Assembly (NCBI GenBank): GCA_963700635.1
Contig: CAVOYH010000004.1
Location: 224,001 to 288,000 of the forward strand
Direction of reading: 5' to 3'
DNA from: an uncultured Bacteroidota bacterium
GTDB taxonomy: Bacteria; Bacteroidota; Ignavibacteria; UBA10030; UBA6906
Length of the DNA stretch: 64,000 bases
Both the position numbers and the translations under genes were made by a program. The notes beneath the pieces are model-generated. The model saw nothing but the letters and a program-made list of their open reading frames with translations. It was not told where the DNA came from and did not search any database. This document shows positions 41,450-51,072 of this stretch, in pieces. How positions within the stretch are numbered: the stretch's first letter is position 1; each line of letters opens with the position of its first letter.

Positions 41450-42850
41450 GTGGAACACAAATACACGTTTGTCATTGTTGCTCTCTGTTGTCTTCTTCTA
41501 GCGCCTGATGCGACGGCCCAGCCATGGTCGTACGACTTTGGGACATCAACTGGCAGCCATACATCGTCGGTAAGCACAACGTTTCTGCCTGCGGCCCCGT
41601 CAGGAACCTCGCGCGTGAGAATCGGCTCCGCGGGTGGGAGTTTTGCCATGGAAGACCAGGCGATTACGTTTGGTTTGTCGTCATATCTCCGCGGTGTTGC
41701 GTCCACATCGACGTCATACAACAAGTTTTCGATCTATGACTACGATGCCGGTTCTGCATTCACGTTGCGGTTTAGAATCAGATTTGGGGACTCGAACGGA
41801 GCGGCAGCCGTGTCATCGGGCGCGTGGTACCTCTTTGTGGGCGATGGCGCCACATTTGGTGACAACAATGTCTTTAGTGGTACACAGGTTTTCACGGGAC
41901 TGCAGTGGACATTCGGTGAATCAGGTGCAATCGCGACAACATACCGGAACAGCGGATCATGGAGCACGAGCGGATTGAGCGGAACGCCCTTTGAGCAGGG
42001 TGCGTCCTATATCGTTGAGATTTACGGGAATAACACAACAACAGCGCTGCCCTATCAGTACGGAGGTGCACAAAGCACTGGGGCGAATACGTTCGACCTC
42101 TGGGTAAACGGCAGTCTTGTGGGAGACGATCTCGCAAAAGCATTGCTAAGCAATGAAGCCAACATCGATTCCTGGATGTTCTACGGCGGATCAAGCGTGT
42201 CGAATGCAGCCAATGTGTTCATTGACGACATCATATACACAAACGGCGTTGCTGATACTCCGCTGCCAGTCCAGCTCTCGGCATTTGTTGCCCAGCAATC
42301 TGCCGAAGCCGTGGTGCTTACCTGGTCCACCATCACCGAGGTAAACAACTACGGGTTCTACGTCGAAAGAAGAAAAGAGGGGGAGACGGCCTTTGGCGCA
42401 GTCGCAATCGGGTTTGTGTCCGGGCATGGGACAACTCTTGAACGGAAGAGTTACCGTTTTGAAGACAGAGATGTTCCGCCGGGCGTATGGTACTACCGGT
42501 TGCGCCAGGTTGACCTCGATGGCAGGGAGCATCTGTCCGACGCAATCCGCGTTCAGGCCTTGACCGGCACTGACGAAGTCACCCCCGCACACTTCATGCT
42601 TTCGCAGAATTATCCCAACCCTTTTAATCCCTCCACATCGATCAGTTATCACCTTCCGTCACAGACGCGGGTTACACTGACGGTGCAGGATCTCTTAGGC
42701 CGCGTGGTGGCCACGCTTGTGGACGGAATCGAACCTGCGGGGAGCAGAGTGGTCAGATTCGACGCGGCGGGGCTGTCCAGCGGTATCTACACCTATCGAC
42801 TTCAAGCGGGCGAGCAAACGTCTTCCATGCGAATGATTCTCCTGAAGTAG
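41450..42850 (+). CDS. Secreted beta-sandwich protein with PLPV-type linker and T9SS domain
   Basis: Signal peptide; PLPVQLSAF..WST.TE.NNYGF.VER..YYRLRQVD module; QNYPNPFNP. Confidence 0.85.
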   Translation: MEHKYTFVIVALCCLLLAPDATAQPWSYDFGTSTGSHTSSVSTTFLPAAPSGTSRVRIGSAGGSFAMEDQAITFGLSSYLRGVASTSTSYNKFSIYDYDAGSAFTLRFRIRFGDSNGAAAVSSGAWYLFVGDGATFGDNNVFSGTQVFTGLQWTFGESGAIATTYRNSGSWSTSGLSGTPFEQGASYIVEIYGNNTTTALPYQYGGAQSTGANTFDLWVNGSLVGDDLAKALLSNEANIDSWMFYGGSSVSNAANVFIDDIIYTNGVADTPLPVQLSAFVAQQSAEAVVLTWSTITEVNNYGFYVERRKEGETAFGAVAIGFVSGHGTTLERKSYRFEDRDVPPGVWYYRLRQVDLDGREHLSDAIRVQALTGTDEVTPAHFMLSQNYPNPFNPSTSISYHLPSQTRVTLTVQDLLGRVVATLVDGIEPAGSRVVRFDAAGLSSGIYTYRLQAGEQTSSMRMILLK

Positions 42851-43003
42851 TCAGTACCGGCAGCCCGTTGTTGTGTTTGCGCTTTCATGCCGTGCTCATG
42901 GTCGGATTCTGTATCGGCGGAATTGACGGGTGGCTCTGCGTGAGCAGGGTATCGTGAACAGGGTGACTGTCAGGCCATATTTCTGGAATCTTTTATCGGA
43001 TCG

Positions 43004-44542
43004 ATGCCAATGCGACGATTTATTCTAGTCTTCCTCATGCTGGCGGGGCTTCAAGCGTACGGCGAAGAGCTTGTCAAAGTCGTCGCGTACAACACGCTGA
43101 ATTACCGGACTACTGACCAAACCCGTGATCAGTACTTCAGGACGGTCTTGCGGTATGTCCACCCTGACGTACTGGTCATTTGTGAAGTGTCAAACCAGGC
43201 CGCGGTCAGTCAATTCTACGACAATGTGCTCAATCTGACCTACCCGGGTGAATATTCCGCAGGAGTCTTCATTGACGGCTACGATACTGACCGAGCAGCA
43301 TTCCATAAATCAGGGATGTTTGATTTTGTCTCCAATACCCCCATCCAGACGGCCCTCCGGGATATCAACGAGTTCACATTCGTCCATGTTGCGTCCGCCG
43401 AAACACTGCGGGTGTATGCAGTACACCTGAAGGCCAGTGATACCGCCACGGATCGGGACAAGAGAGCCGCCGAGGTCGATAACCTGCGCATGGTGACGAA
43501 TCAGCTGCCGGCGGGAAAGAACTTCATGGTGCTGGGTGATTTTAACATCTATGGTTCGACCGAGCCGGCCTATCAGAAACTCCTTCAGGATAATCCGACA
43601 GATGACGGACACGTCGTCGATGCCTTGACGCTCACGGGCACCTGGAACAATGCGGCCTATGCTCAGTATCATACCCAGTCCCCACGCGTACGATCGTTCG
43701 GAGGGGGTGCCACGGGAGGGATGGATGATCGGTTTGACATGATCCTGTTCTCGAATGCGCTTAATGGAAGCGGGAGAGTGTCCTACGTTCCGGGATCATT
43801 AACACCCATCGGGAACGACGGACTTCACTACAACGATTCCATCAACCGGTTGCCGAACTACGCTGTCCCGGACAGTGTGGCCAATGCCATTCATTACGCA
43901 AGCGACCATCTCCCAATTGCTGCAGTGTTCTCCTTTCCTGGTGAACACCTCCCCGTGCAGCTTGTGAACTTCGCGGCTTCGCCAATACCCTCAGGCATAG
44001 TAAGACTCCAGTGGTCAACAGTGAGCGAAATCAACAACTATGGCTTTGAAGTCCAGCGAAAGGGGGTTGGGGACACCGGGTTCAGCACGATTCCCGGTAG
44101 CTTCGTCCCGGGTCACGGAACAACGCAGACCGCCCATCACTATTCGTATACGGATCTGGTTCCTCCGCCTGGTACAAGCTGGTACCGACTACGGCAGATC
44201 GATCTGAATGGGGCAGAAGCGTTCACCGGCTCTGTTCGGGTAGAGGTCCTGACTACCGTAGCTGGAGGAGGCATCATCGGTGAATACAATCTTGCACAGA
44301 ACTATCCGAACCCGTTTAATCCGAACACCACGATACAATACGATTTACCCAATGCCGGATATGTCACGCTCAAGGTCTATGATTGTCTGGGACAGGAAGT
44401 GGCCTCTTTAACGAGTGAGGAGAAGCCAGCAGGGAGGCATTCGGTTCAGTTTAATGCAGCGGACATTGCCACCGGTGTGTATTTATACAGACTTCAAGCG
44501 GGTAACTTCACACAGTCAAGGAGACTGGTGGTGGTCAGGTAA
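43004..44542 (+). CDS. EEP (DNase I-like) family protein with T9SS domain
   Basis: YNTLNY, VHLKAS, GDFNIY, DDRFD and SDHLP motifs; LPVQL module; QNYPNPFNP. Confidence 0.88.
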   Translation: MPMRRFILVFLMLAGLQAYGEELVKVVAYNTLNYRTTDQTRDQYFRTVLRYVHPDVLVICEVSNQAAVSQFYDNVLNLTYPGEYSAGVFIDGYDTDRAAFHKSGMFDFVSNTPIQTALRDINEFTFVHVASAETLRVYAVHLKASDTATDRDKRAAEVDNLRMVTNQLPAGKNFMVLGDFNIYGSTEPAYQKLLQDNPTDDGHVVDALTLTGTWNNAAYAQYHTQSPRVRSFGGGATGGMDDRFDMILFSNALNGSGRVSYVPGSLTPIGNDGLHYNDSINRLPNYAVPDSVANAIHYASDHLPIAAVFSFPGEHLPVQLVNFAASPIPSGIVRLQWSTVSEINNYGFEVQRKGVGDTGFSTIPGSFVPGHGTTQTAHHYSYTDLVPPPGTSWYRLRQIDLNGAEAFTGSVRVEVLTTVAGGGIIGEYNLAQNYPNPFNPNTTIQYDLPNAGYVTLKVYDCLGQEVASLTSEEKPAGRHSVQFNAADIATGVYLYRLQAGNFTQSRRLVVVR

Positions 44543-44577
44543 AAAGACTCACATTGCGCGTGAAACCCGGAACGCCG

Positions 44578-46560
44578 CTACCTGCACGCCGGTCGTGTCG
44601 CCTCCAGGATAAAGTCGACGATGGGCCCGGGATCCGCAAGACTGTGCGGATGATGTCCGACACCGGGTTTCCGGATAACGGTAATCCGCCCACCGGCAGC
44701 GAGGACCCGCCTTTCAAAAGGATCAGTATTCTCCTCCGGCGGCACGACAAGATCCGCGTCACCACATACGTGGATCATCGGAAACCCCCCTTGTGCCAAC
44801 TGGTCCGCCAGATCGATCGGGCTTCCCGTAAATGCCAGGGCCTCTTCCTCCGTCCGGAGACCGAAATTCTGCTTCAAGCGCTCCCACTCGACCGGGTTCC
44901 CGTTACTTTTTCCCTTCCCGCCGGGCCAGCTACGTACGTCGAGAACGGGTGCGTCGGCATACACGCATGCCACCCGTTCCGGATATACTGAAGCCCACCG
45001 GTACATGTAAATCCCGCCCCGGCTGAGCCCCTCGAGCGTAACTTTTGTGCACAACCCGGCACCAACGAGCATCCTGTAGAACCGGTCCCAGATCCCGATA
45101 GCCTCCGGATTCCCGTAGAGTTCCGCCACGTCACAGAAGGCTACATGGAACCCATTCTTCAGGAGGGCAACCTCCGTTTGTGGCTCATGCTCCCAAAACC
45201 TCGAACGCCAGATCCACGGCCGTCCATCTGCCGGAATGTGGGGCCGGACAATTCTTGCCGTGCGCCCCTCAAAAAGGAATTCGCAACAATCATATCCATG
45301 GAAATCACTGTGTATGCCGATGATACCCGCCCGTTCGAGAATGTCGGATTGGGGAAGTGTGCTTCCGGGAAAAGGCTCCGGGAGATTTCCACCTGCCTCT
45401 TTGTCCTTGAGGAATGATCGGAAGCCTGCCACTCGGTGGACCGTGATCAAGTTGGAATCGTGGCAGTCGTGTGCGCCGCCCATTCCATCATCAAATGCAG
45501 TTCGCGAGATTGCAACAAGATCATCCCCTTCAAAGAACCAATCGATGTACTGGAACCCTGTGCGTTTTACATCCTTACTTTCAAGGATGACGTCATGAAT
45601 CTGCCAGGATCGGAGGTCGGACGAAGAGACCAGAACCGCCGTGTTCCGGGTGCGTTCGACGTGGTTGAGGCCCCTGTAGCGGGGGAGGGGGTAGTTGGTC
45701 AGAGACCAATACCGTCCGGACCGCTCATCGTAGCGGACTGTAAATTTCTTGCAGGCGCCGGGGAGAGCGATCGTCGGCATTTCCGGATCCGGCGTGACCG
45801 TCGTGCCGTCGTCCGAAACGGCAAGAACGCAGGCAATATTATCTGTTTCCGTGTGGCACCTGAGAATATTAACGAGCCGTTTCTCTGGCGTAAGCAGGAT
45901 ATTCCCTTCCAGCCACGTGGATCCGGGCAGCCCCGTACGCGGGTGGGGGAGTTCATTGGAAAACGTCCAGACGGTTCTGTTCAGGAGGTCCGCGTCGGCG
46001 GGCGCAGACATCACGAAGCTTCGAAAGCTCCCCCACGGAAGGTTCGGTTCATACCGTTCCATGGCACGCCATACCCGGCCATTGTGCAGAAGCATGGGAA
46101 CCGGCGCACAATGGTACCGGGACAGACTGTCTCCCGGAATGAGCAAGCCGCTAGCCGCGTCCGATGGTTCAGTCCAGCGTATACCACGATCAGTCGATTT
46201 GCGAATGACCGCGTTACCATGTGGTCCATGGACGCCAATCAAGTACACCGCATTCTTTAGAACATGGAGCGACGACCACCGTTGTCCTGACAGCACGCTG
46301 ATTTGCTCCCAATGAGCGCCCTTGTCGGCAGAACGGTACACATATGTTTCGAACCCTCTTTCACCTACAGTGCCGAATCTGTCATGGGTGGCCAGATAGG
46401 TCCCGTCCGGTAGAAGGGTAATGGACGGGGACCCAAGATACACACCGGAGCTTGCAGGTGAGTGGGCGATAACGGTGCCCGGAACGAGGGATAGGTTCTG
46501 TGCGATGGTAGCGGCATAGAGGACGGGCACACAGAAGAGCAGCATGAGTTTTTGGAGCAT
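44578..46560 (-). CDS. Fusion of a sialidase-like BNR/Asp-box propeller and an alpha/beta hydrolase
   Basis: Signal peptide; Asp boxes SADKGAHW, STDRGIRW and SDDGTT; GLSRGG nucleophile elbow, GDADLVVP and GHHPHS. Confidence 0.82.
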   Translation of the reverse strand: MLQKLMLLFCVPVLYAATIAQNLSLVPGTVIAHSPASSGVYLGSPSITLLPDGTYLATHDRFGTVGERGFETYVYRSADKGAHWEQISVLSGQRWSSLHVLKNAVYLIGVHGPHGNAVIRKSTDRGIRWTEPSDAASGLLIPGDSLSRYHCAPVPMLLHNGRVWRAMERYEPNLPWGSFRSFVMSAPADADLLNRTVWTFSNELPHPRTGLPGSTWLEGNILLTPEKRLVNILRCHTETDNIACVLAVSDDGTTVTPDPEMPTIALPGACKKFTVRYDERSGRYWSLTNYPLPRYRGLNHVERTRNTAVLVSSSDLRSWQIHDVILESKDVKRTGFQYIDWFFEGDDLVAISRTAFDDGMGGAHDCHDSNLITVHRVAGFRSFLKDKEAGGNLPEPFPGSTLPQSDILERAGIIGIHSDFHGYDCCEFLFEGRTARIVRPHIPADGRPWIWRSRFWEHEPQTEVALLKNGFHVAFCDVAELYGNPEAIGIWDRFYRMLVGAGLCTKVTLEGLSRGGIYMYRWASVYPERVACVYADAPVLDVRSWPGGKGKSNGNPVEWERLKQNFGLRTEEEALAFTGSPIDLADQLAQGGFPMIHVCGDADLVVPPEENTDPFERRVLAAGGRITVIRKPGVGHHPHSLADPGPIVDFILEATRPACR

Positions 46561-46956
46561 ATCGATTGCCCTGTCCGGGGATTTGTGGGGGAAAAATGAC
46601 ATGCCGGTCAATCTGCGCGCATGCGCTATGCAATTCCGGAGATGGCCTCGCGCGCGATTGCGGTGTGATATTGCATGAATATAGCAAAAATTCCGGGAGA
46701 GTAAAACGAGGATCGTTTCCGGAAGGTGAACGGCACACAGATGGCCAAATGTACGCATCCGGGAATGGGGTTTGCCCTCGATTTCCGGGTGAAAGGGGAC
46801 TCTCTGAGATGGCATCCCGCATGATATATAATAAGAGCTGAGCTTTGAGGGGTCCGGTCTGTTGAGTCTCTCCCTGATTGTTCTGCTCATTCATGTGGCC
46901 TCGATTCGTGTGAGGCGTGCTTACAAGTATGAAATTCATTATTGTGGGAAGAAGCC

Positions 46957-47139
46957 ATGACATCTCCGGATTACGTACACATTCTCAAACTCGACAAAAT
47001 AGCATTGAAGTCAAAAACACGGGTGGATTTTCTTGAGGCCGTGAAGACGCGTTTCCAGTTTGCCAGGAATCTTGGCGTGGAGGAGAACTTCCCCTATTTT
47101 GTTGACCAGGCGTGGCTGATCTTCGGGGATGGCGAATAA
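46957..47139 (+). CDS. Small hypothetical protein, copy 1 (60 aa)
   Basis: 49 of 60 aa identical to the ORF at 47859; both share the upstream GGGAAGAAGC. Confidence 0.75.
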   Translation: MTSPDYVHILKLDKIALKSKTRVDFLEAVKTRFQFARNLGVEENFPYFVDQAWLIFGDGE

Positions 47140-47159
47140 TCCGGATGCGGAGTGACAGT

Positions 47160-47768
47160 ATGGAACGTAAGGAAGAATTCCGTTTGACTACGATCCCGGA
47201 CGGATTCTATTGGTTTAACGAACCGGCGCGGTACAAGTTTGGAAACGGTTTGGAAATATGTTCGGGTGAGGGAACTGATTTCTGGCAAAACACTCACTAT
47301 GGTTTTCAGAAGGATGATGGACATTGTCTTCTGACGACACACCGCGGCGACTTCACTCTCACGTGCCATGTGGAATCTCGTCCACGGGAACAATACGATC
47401 AGTGCGGCCTGATGGTTCGTCTTGATCGGGAGAATTGGATTAAGGTATCAACGGAATATGAGAATCAAGAAATCAGCCGGCTTGGTTCGGTGGTGACCAA
47501 TCTCGGATATTCCGATTGGGCTACCCAGGATATCCCTTCGACACACACGGCAATGTGGTACCGCATCAGCAAGAGCGGAAGAGATTGTTTGCTCGAGAGT
47601 TCTTCTGACGGCAAAATCTGGATGCAGCTTCGTATGACACACCTGCATAAGGCGTCAGAACAGTACGACATCGGCGTCTATGCATGCAGCCCGAAGGGGA
47701 AGGATTTCTGGTGCAGATTCACGTCGCTGGAAATCTCCAAGAGTGCGTGGGCGCGCACAGCGGGTTAG
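47160..47768 (+). CDS. DUF1349 family protein
   Basis: TDFWQNTHYGF, YDQCGLMVR, WIKVSTE, SVVTNLGYSDW and GVYACSP motifs. Confidence 0.88.
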   Translation: MERKEEFRLTTIPDGFYWFNEPARYKFGNGLEICSGEGTDFWQNTHYGFQKDDGHCLLTTHRGDFTLTCHVESRPREQYDQCGLMVRLDRENWIKVSTEYENQEISRLGSVVTNLGYSDWATQDIPSTHTAMWYRISKSGRDCLLESSSDGKIWMQLRMTHLHKASEQYDIGVYACSPKGKDFWCRFTSLEISKSAWARTAG

Positions 47769-47858
47769 AATCTCTCTGATTGCTATTGAGCACCTATATT
47801 ACATCTATAGTGTAGTGGGTACGGGTGGCTTTGAGGCGCAGTAAACGGGGAAGAAGCG

Positions 47859-48047
47859 ATGGCATCACCGGACTATATACAAATCCTAAAACTCGACAAG
47901 ATTGCCATGAAGTCCAAAACACGGCTGGATTTTCTCGAGGCGGTAAAAGCACGTCTACAATTTGCCAAAAATCTCGGAGTGGAAGAAAACTTCCCCTATT
48001 TTGTCGAGCAGGCGTGGCAAATTTTTGGCGACGGCAAACCATCATAA
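47859..48047 (+). CDS. Small hypothetical protein, copy 2 (62 aa)
   Basis: Paralog of 46957-47139 with many synonymous differences. Confidence 0.75.
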   Translation: MASPDYIQILKLDKIAMKSKTRLDFLEAVKARLQFAKNLGVEENFPYFVEQAWQIFGDGKPS

Positions 48048-48072
48048 AGACACACTACAACCCTTTTTCTGT

Positions 48073-48102
48073 AAAGGCCCCTCCTGTCCAGGAGGGGCCT
48101 TT
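48073..48102. terminator. Bidirectional intrinsic terminator
   Basis: AAAGGCCCCTCCTG-TC-CAGGAGGGGCCTTT, a perfect hairpin between convergent genes. Confidence 0.85.
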
Positions 48103-48134
48103 GCGTTCTACCGGGACGGCTGATCACATTTCGT

Positions 48135-51005
48135 TCAGCGAAGCAGCACCAGCTTGCGCACTTCCGTGAATGTTCCTGCTACGATCCTGTACAGGTAGAT
48201 CCCCGATGCAAGCTCCAGGGGTTCGAATCTGGCTTCATGCAAACCCGCATCCTTCGGGCCATCAACCAGCGTGGCAACTGCCTGCCCCGCGATGGAGTAG
48301 ATCGTGAGTGTGACGTGTGCCGGCCGGGCCAGCGTAAACCGGATAGTCGTGGATGGGTTGAACGGGTTGGGATAATTCTGGCTGAGGAAGAAGCTTTTCG
48401 CGAGATGGTCATCCCCTTCTACAACCTGAACCGACGAAATGCTGAAAGCCGTACTGTTCGAAAAAAGAGTCGTGTCCTCGCGAATCTGCACGCGGATCGC
48501 ATATCCGGAGTCAGCCACGAGACCCGTCGCAGGCACCTTCCAGACATAACGGCCTGTATTTTCGACGCTGTCGGCAAGCCTTGTGACCACTGAACCGTTG
48601 CGCAACAGATGGACATTTACCCTTTCCCCGGTATTTGACTCCCAGCGGACGACGACGGTAGATCCGAACCCGATGGTATTTCCGTCGTTCGGAAAAAGTA
48701 CACTCACATACGGCATTGACATGGTGAAATTCGCCGGGCCAGACCATGCGGTCATACCCGATTCATTCCAGAGCCGGACCCTCCAGAAATACTGCGTCCC
48801 TGCGACTCCGTTAGTCCAGGAGAACGATGAACTGCGGAGAGTCGAGTCATTGAGAACAAGGGCCGTGAACAACGAATCAGTGGCGATGTGCAACTGGGAG
48901 CCCGTGATCCGGCCGTAGGAACTCCATTGCAGGGTGACGGGCTGTGTCTGGTTGACCTTCGCCCCTGGCAGTGGTAGCACGAGCGTCGGGAGGCCGGGAG
49001 CCGTTACTTCTGCCGGGATGCCCACGACAAACTCTCCGAACTGTGTCGTCGTTGCGGTAATACTCTCCCCGGTGGGGCTGAACGACGTACCAAGAGGAAT
49101 AAATGTACCGCTCCCCTCCGTCGGGCGGTAATAAACGACCGTCTGGTCCTTCCGGGTGGACGAAGCGAGTGTCGTGCTGTCGAATGTCACTGTCGCAGTG
49201 AACGCAGTCATCCCTATCTGCCGGATTACCCACCGTTGTCCCTGCAAGAACGGGGCGACACCCGCAAAATCCGGATTTACAGGAGATCCTGCATACCGTC
49301 TGACTGTCACGCTGTTGTAGCCGCTGGTGATCTGCGAGAAATTGAGAGCCACACCTGTCTGCACGCTGTCCCCCTTACGAAACGAGTAGGTGACGCCAGG
49401 CACAACATCATACATGGGCACGACAGCAGCCGGGAGGAGAAGAGAGCTGAACACATACTTGAATGCACGATAACTCACTGCGGGATCAAGGAACCGCATC
49501 TCAATGGCAATGGATTTGTCGGGGCGGACCTCCGTGAGACACTGGGGTCCTACGCCCGTGAGAAGCGAAGAACCCCACCCAATCAGCGTGTTGCCGTTTG
49601 GGAGCCGCTGCACCGAACCGCGGGTGGGTGCAAAAATGTCCGGCGTGTGACGGTATTCCCACACCATCGTTGCGGTTTTGCTGACCTGATCCACTGCATA
49701 CTCCACTGCACGCGAGACTTTTTCTGGATGAAGATTCCCGTTGTCGAACAGAAGAAAATTGCCGTTCGGCAGACGTTCAAGGCAGTGTTGATACGTGAAA
49801 TAGGTCGGCGCGTTTGCCGCGTTCTCTCCGATAAAAGTGAAGTCGTTCTTCTTGCCCCCCATGCGCCAGAGAATATCCCCCGTCATCCTGTTGATCTTGA
49901 CGATGTCGCATGTGTTCCTGAAACAGGCAAGGATGTTGCCGTCACCATCCATGTCGTAAGCATTAACATGAATGTAGTCGAATGCTGAAGCGGTGACCGG
50001 CATGTAGGTATCGGCAATCGGGATGTAATCCCAGCTGCGCCACTGGAAGACCACCTGCCGGTTCAGGTCCAGTTCCTGGAGTATGGATCCGACCACAATG
50101 GCGTTCGGGTTGCCATTTGCCACCAGCGTGCTCATGTCCACGTACTGGATGTCGTATGCATGCAGCAGGATGTGGCCGTTGGCGAGCATGCGGAAATCAT
50201 GGCTGTCCGCATCGTAGCCATTTCCTGCCCGCACACTGTCCACATCTGTGAGAGTCGAGTCAACGATCCGGTGTACCGTTCTGCTCCCACCTGCGTAACC
50301 CCACTGGGAGAAGCCCTCGGCATAGGAAAGGAGCCCGTTCGGTTGTTGCTTAAAATCGTATGTGTGTCCGTGTGTTTCTTTGTGTCTGACAATCTGGCCG
50401 GCATTGTCAACGACAAAGACGTATTCTCCGAGGCCCGCGCCGACCTCTGTCGTCGAGAGGAGAAAATACCCCGGGGCAGGGCTGTTGACCGTATCCACCT
50501 GAATACGCGGGAGGTCGGTCGGGAGGGAATCAAGTCCCGCGATCTTTGCACTTGCGGGAGCGCTGCCGGACGTTCTTGTGATGACCTCCCCGTTGTCCGT
50601 AACGATATAAAGATCCGAGAGGGGAGTGCGCTGTGGCGTCGTGGTGAAGGAAAATCGCAAAGGAGCAAGTGTTTGTCCGGAGGATCCGTTCACTGTCCCG
50701 GCAAAAACCACGTCCACCCGTTCGTTCTCCCGGAATGGGGCCTGCGGGGTGAAGATCATGGTCTGGCCATCATCGGACAGTGTTGCGGTTACGGCGAGGA
50801 CACCCGATTGTTCCCCCCGGATTTCTATGACGTCAGACGAAACGGCGGAGCGAGCGATCTGAGCGTCAGCCCGGAGAATTATGTTGGATTCCCGCGAGAC
50901 GAGAGCCGATCCGGGCTTTGGCGAGAGATAAATGATGTTCTGGGTGGCTGCCTGCTGTGAAAAAAGGAACAGCAGAGCGGGGAGTAACCATCTTCCGGTC
51001 TTCAT
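48135..51005 (-). CDS. Aryl-sulfate sulfotransferase (ASST-like) with Ig/FN3 domains and T9SS domain
   Basis: DSHDF, DYIHVNA, WRMGGK, YQH, FDNG and GSVQRLPNGNTLIGWG motifs; QNYPNPFNP. Confidence 0.88.
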   Translation of the reverse strand: MKTGRWLLPALLFLFSQQAATQNIIYLSPKPGSALVSRESNIILRADAQIARSAVSSDVIEIRGEQSGVLAVTATLSDDGQTMIFTPQAPFRENERVDVVFAGTVNGSSGQTLAPLRFSFTTTPQRTPLSDLYIVTDNGEVITRTSGSAPASAKIAGLDSLPTDLPRIQVDTVNSPAPGYFLLSTTEVGAGLGEYVFVVDNAGQIVRHKETHGHTYDFKQQPNGLLSYAEGFSQWGYAGGSRTVHRIVDSTLTDVDSVRAGNGYDADSHDFRMLANGHILLHAYDIQYVDMSTLVANGNPNAIVVGSILQELDLNRQVVFQWRSWDYIPIADTYMPVTASAFDYIHVNAYDMDGDGNILACFRNTCDIVKINRMTGDILWRMGGKKNDFTFIGENAANAPTYFTYQHCLERLPNGNFLLFDNGNLHPEKVSRAVEYAVDQVSKTATMVWEYRHTPDIFAPTRGSVQRLPNGNTLIGWGSSLLTGVGPQCLTEVRPDKSIAIEMRFLDPAVSYRAFKYVFSSLLLPAAVVPMYDVVPGVTYSFRKGDSVQTGVALNFSQITSGYNSVTVRRYAGSPVNPDFAGVAPFLQGQRWVIRQIGMTAFTATVTFDSTTLASSTRKDQTVVYYRPTEGSGTFIPLGTSFSPTGESITATTTQFGEFVVGIPAEVTAPGLPTLVLPLPGAKVNQTQPVTLQWSSYGRITGSQLHIATDSLFTALVLNDSTLRSSSFSWTNGVAGTQYFWRVRLWNESGMTAWSGPANFTMSMPYVSVLFPNDGNTIGFGSTVVVRWESNTGERVNVHLLRNGSVVTRLADSVENTGRYVWKVPATGLVADSGYAIRVQIREDTTLFSNSTAFSISSVQVVEGDDHLAKSFFLSQNYPNPFNPSTTIRFTLARPAHVTLTIYSIAGQAVATLVDGPKDAGLHEARFEPLELASGIYLYRIVAGTFTEVRKLVLLR

Positions 51006-51072
51006 AAATTCTTCCTTTGCTTATTGCTCACTCTGAGCAGGTTCCATGACACGATGTGTCCTGTTTCCGCAT

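Noticed and set aside
46561-46956. N-terminal extension of the 770-aa ORF and the minus-strand ORF starting MNEQNNQG
   Set aside because: The signal peptide begins at 46560. The upstream region looks like a divergent promoter region, and the small ORF has no support.
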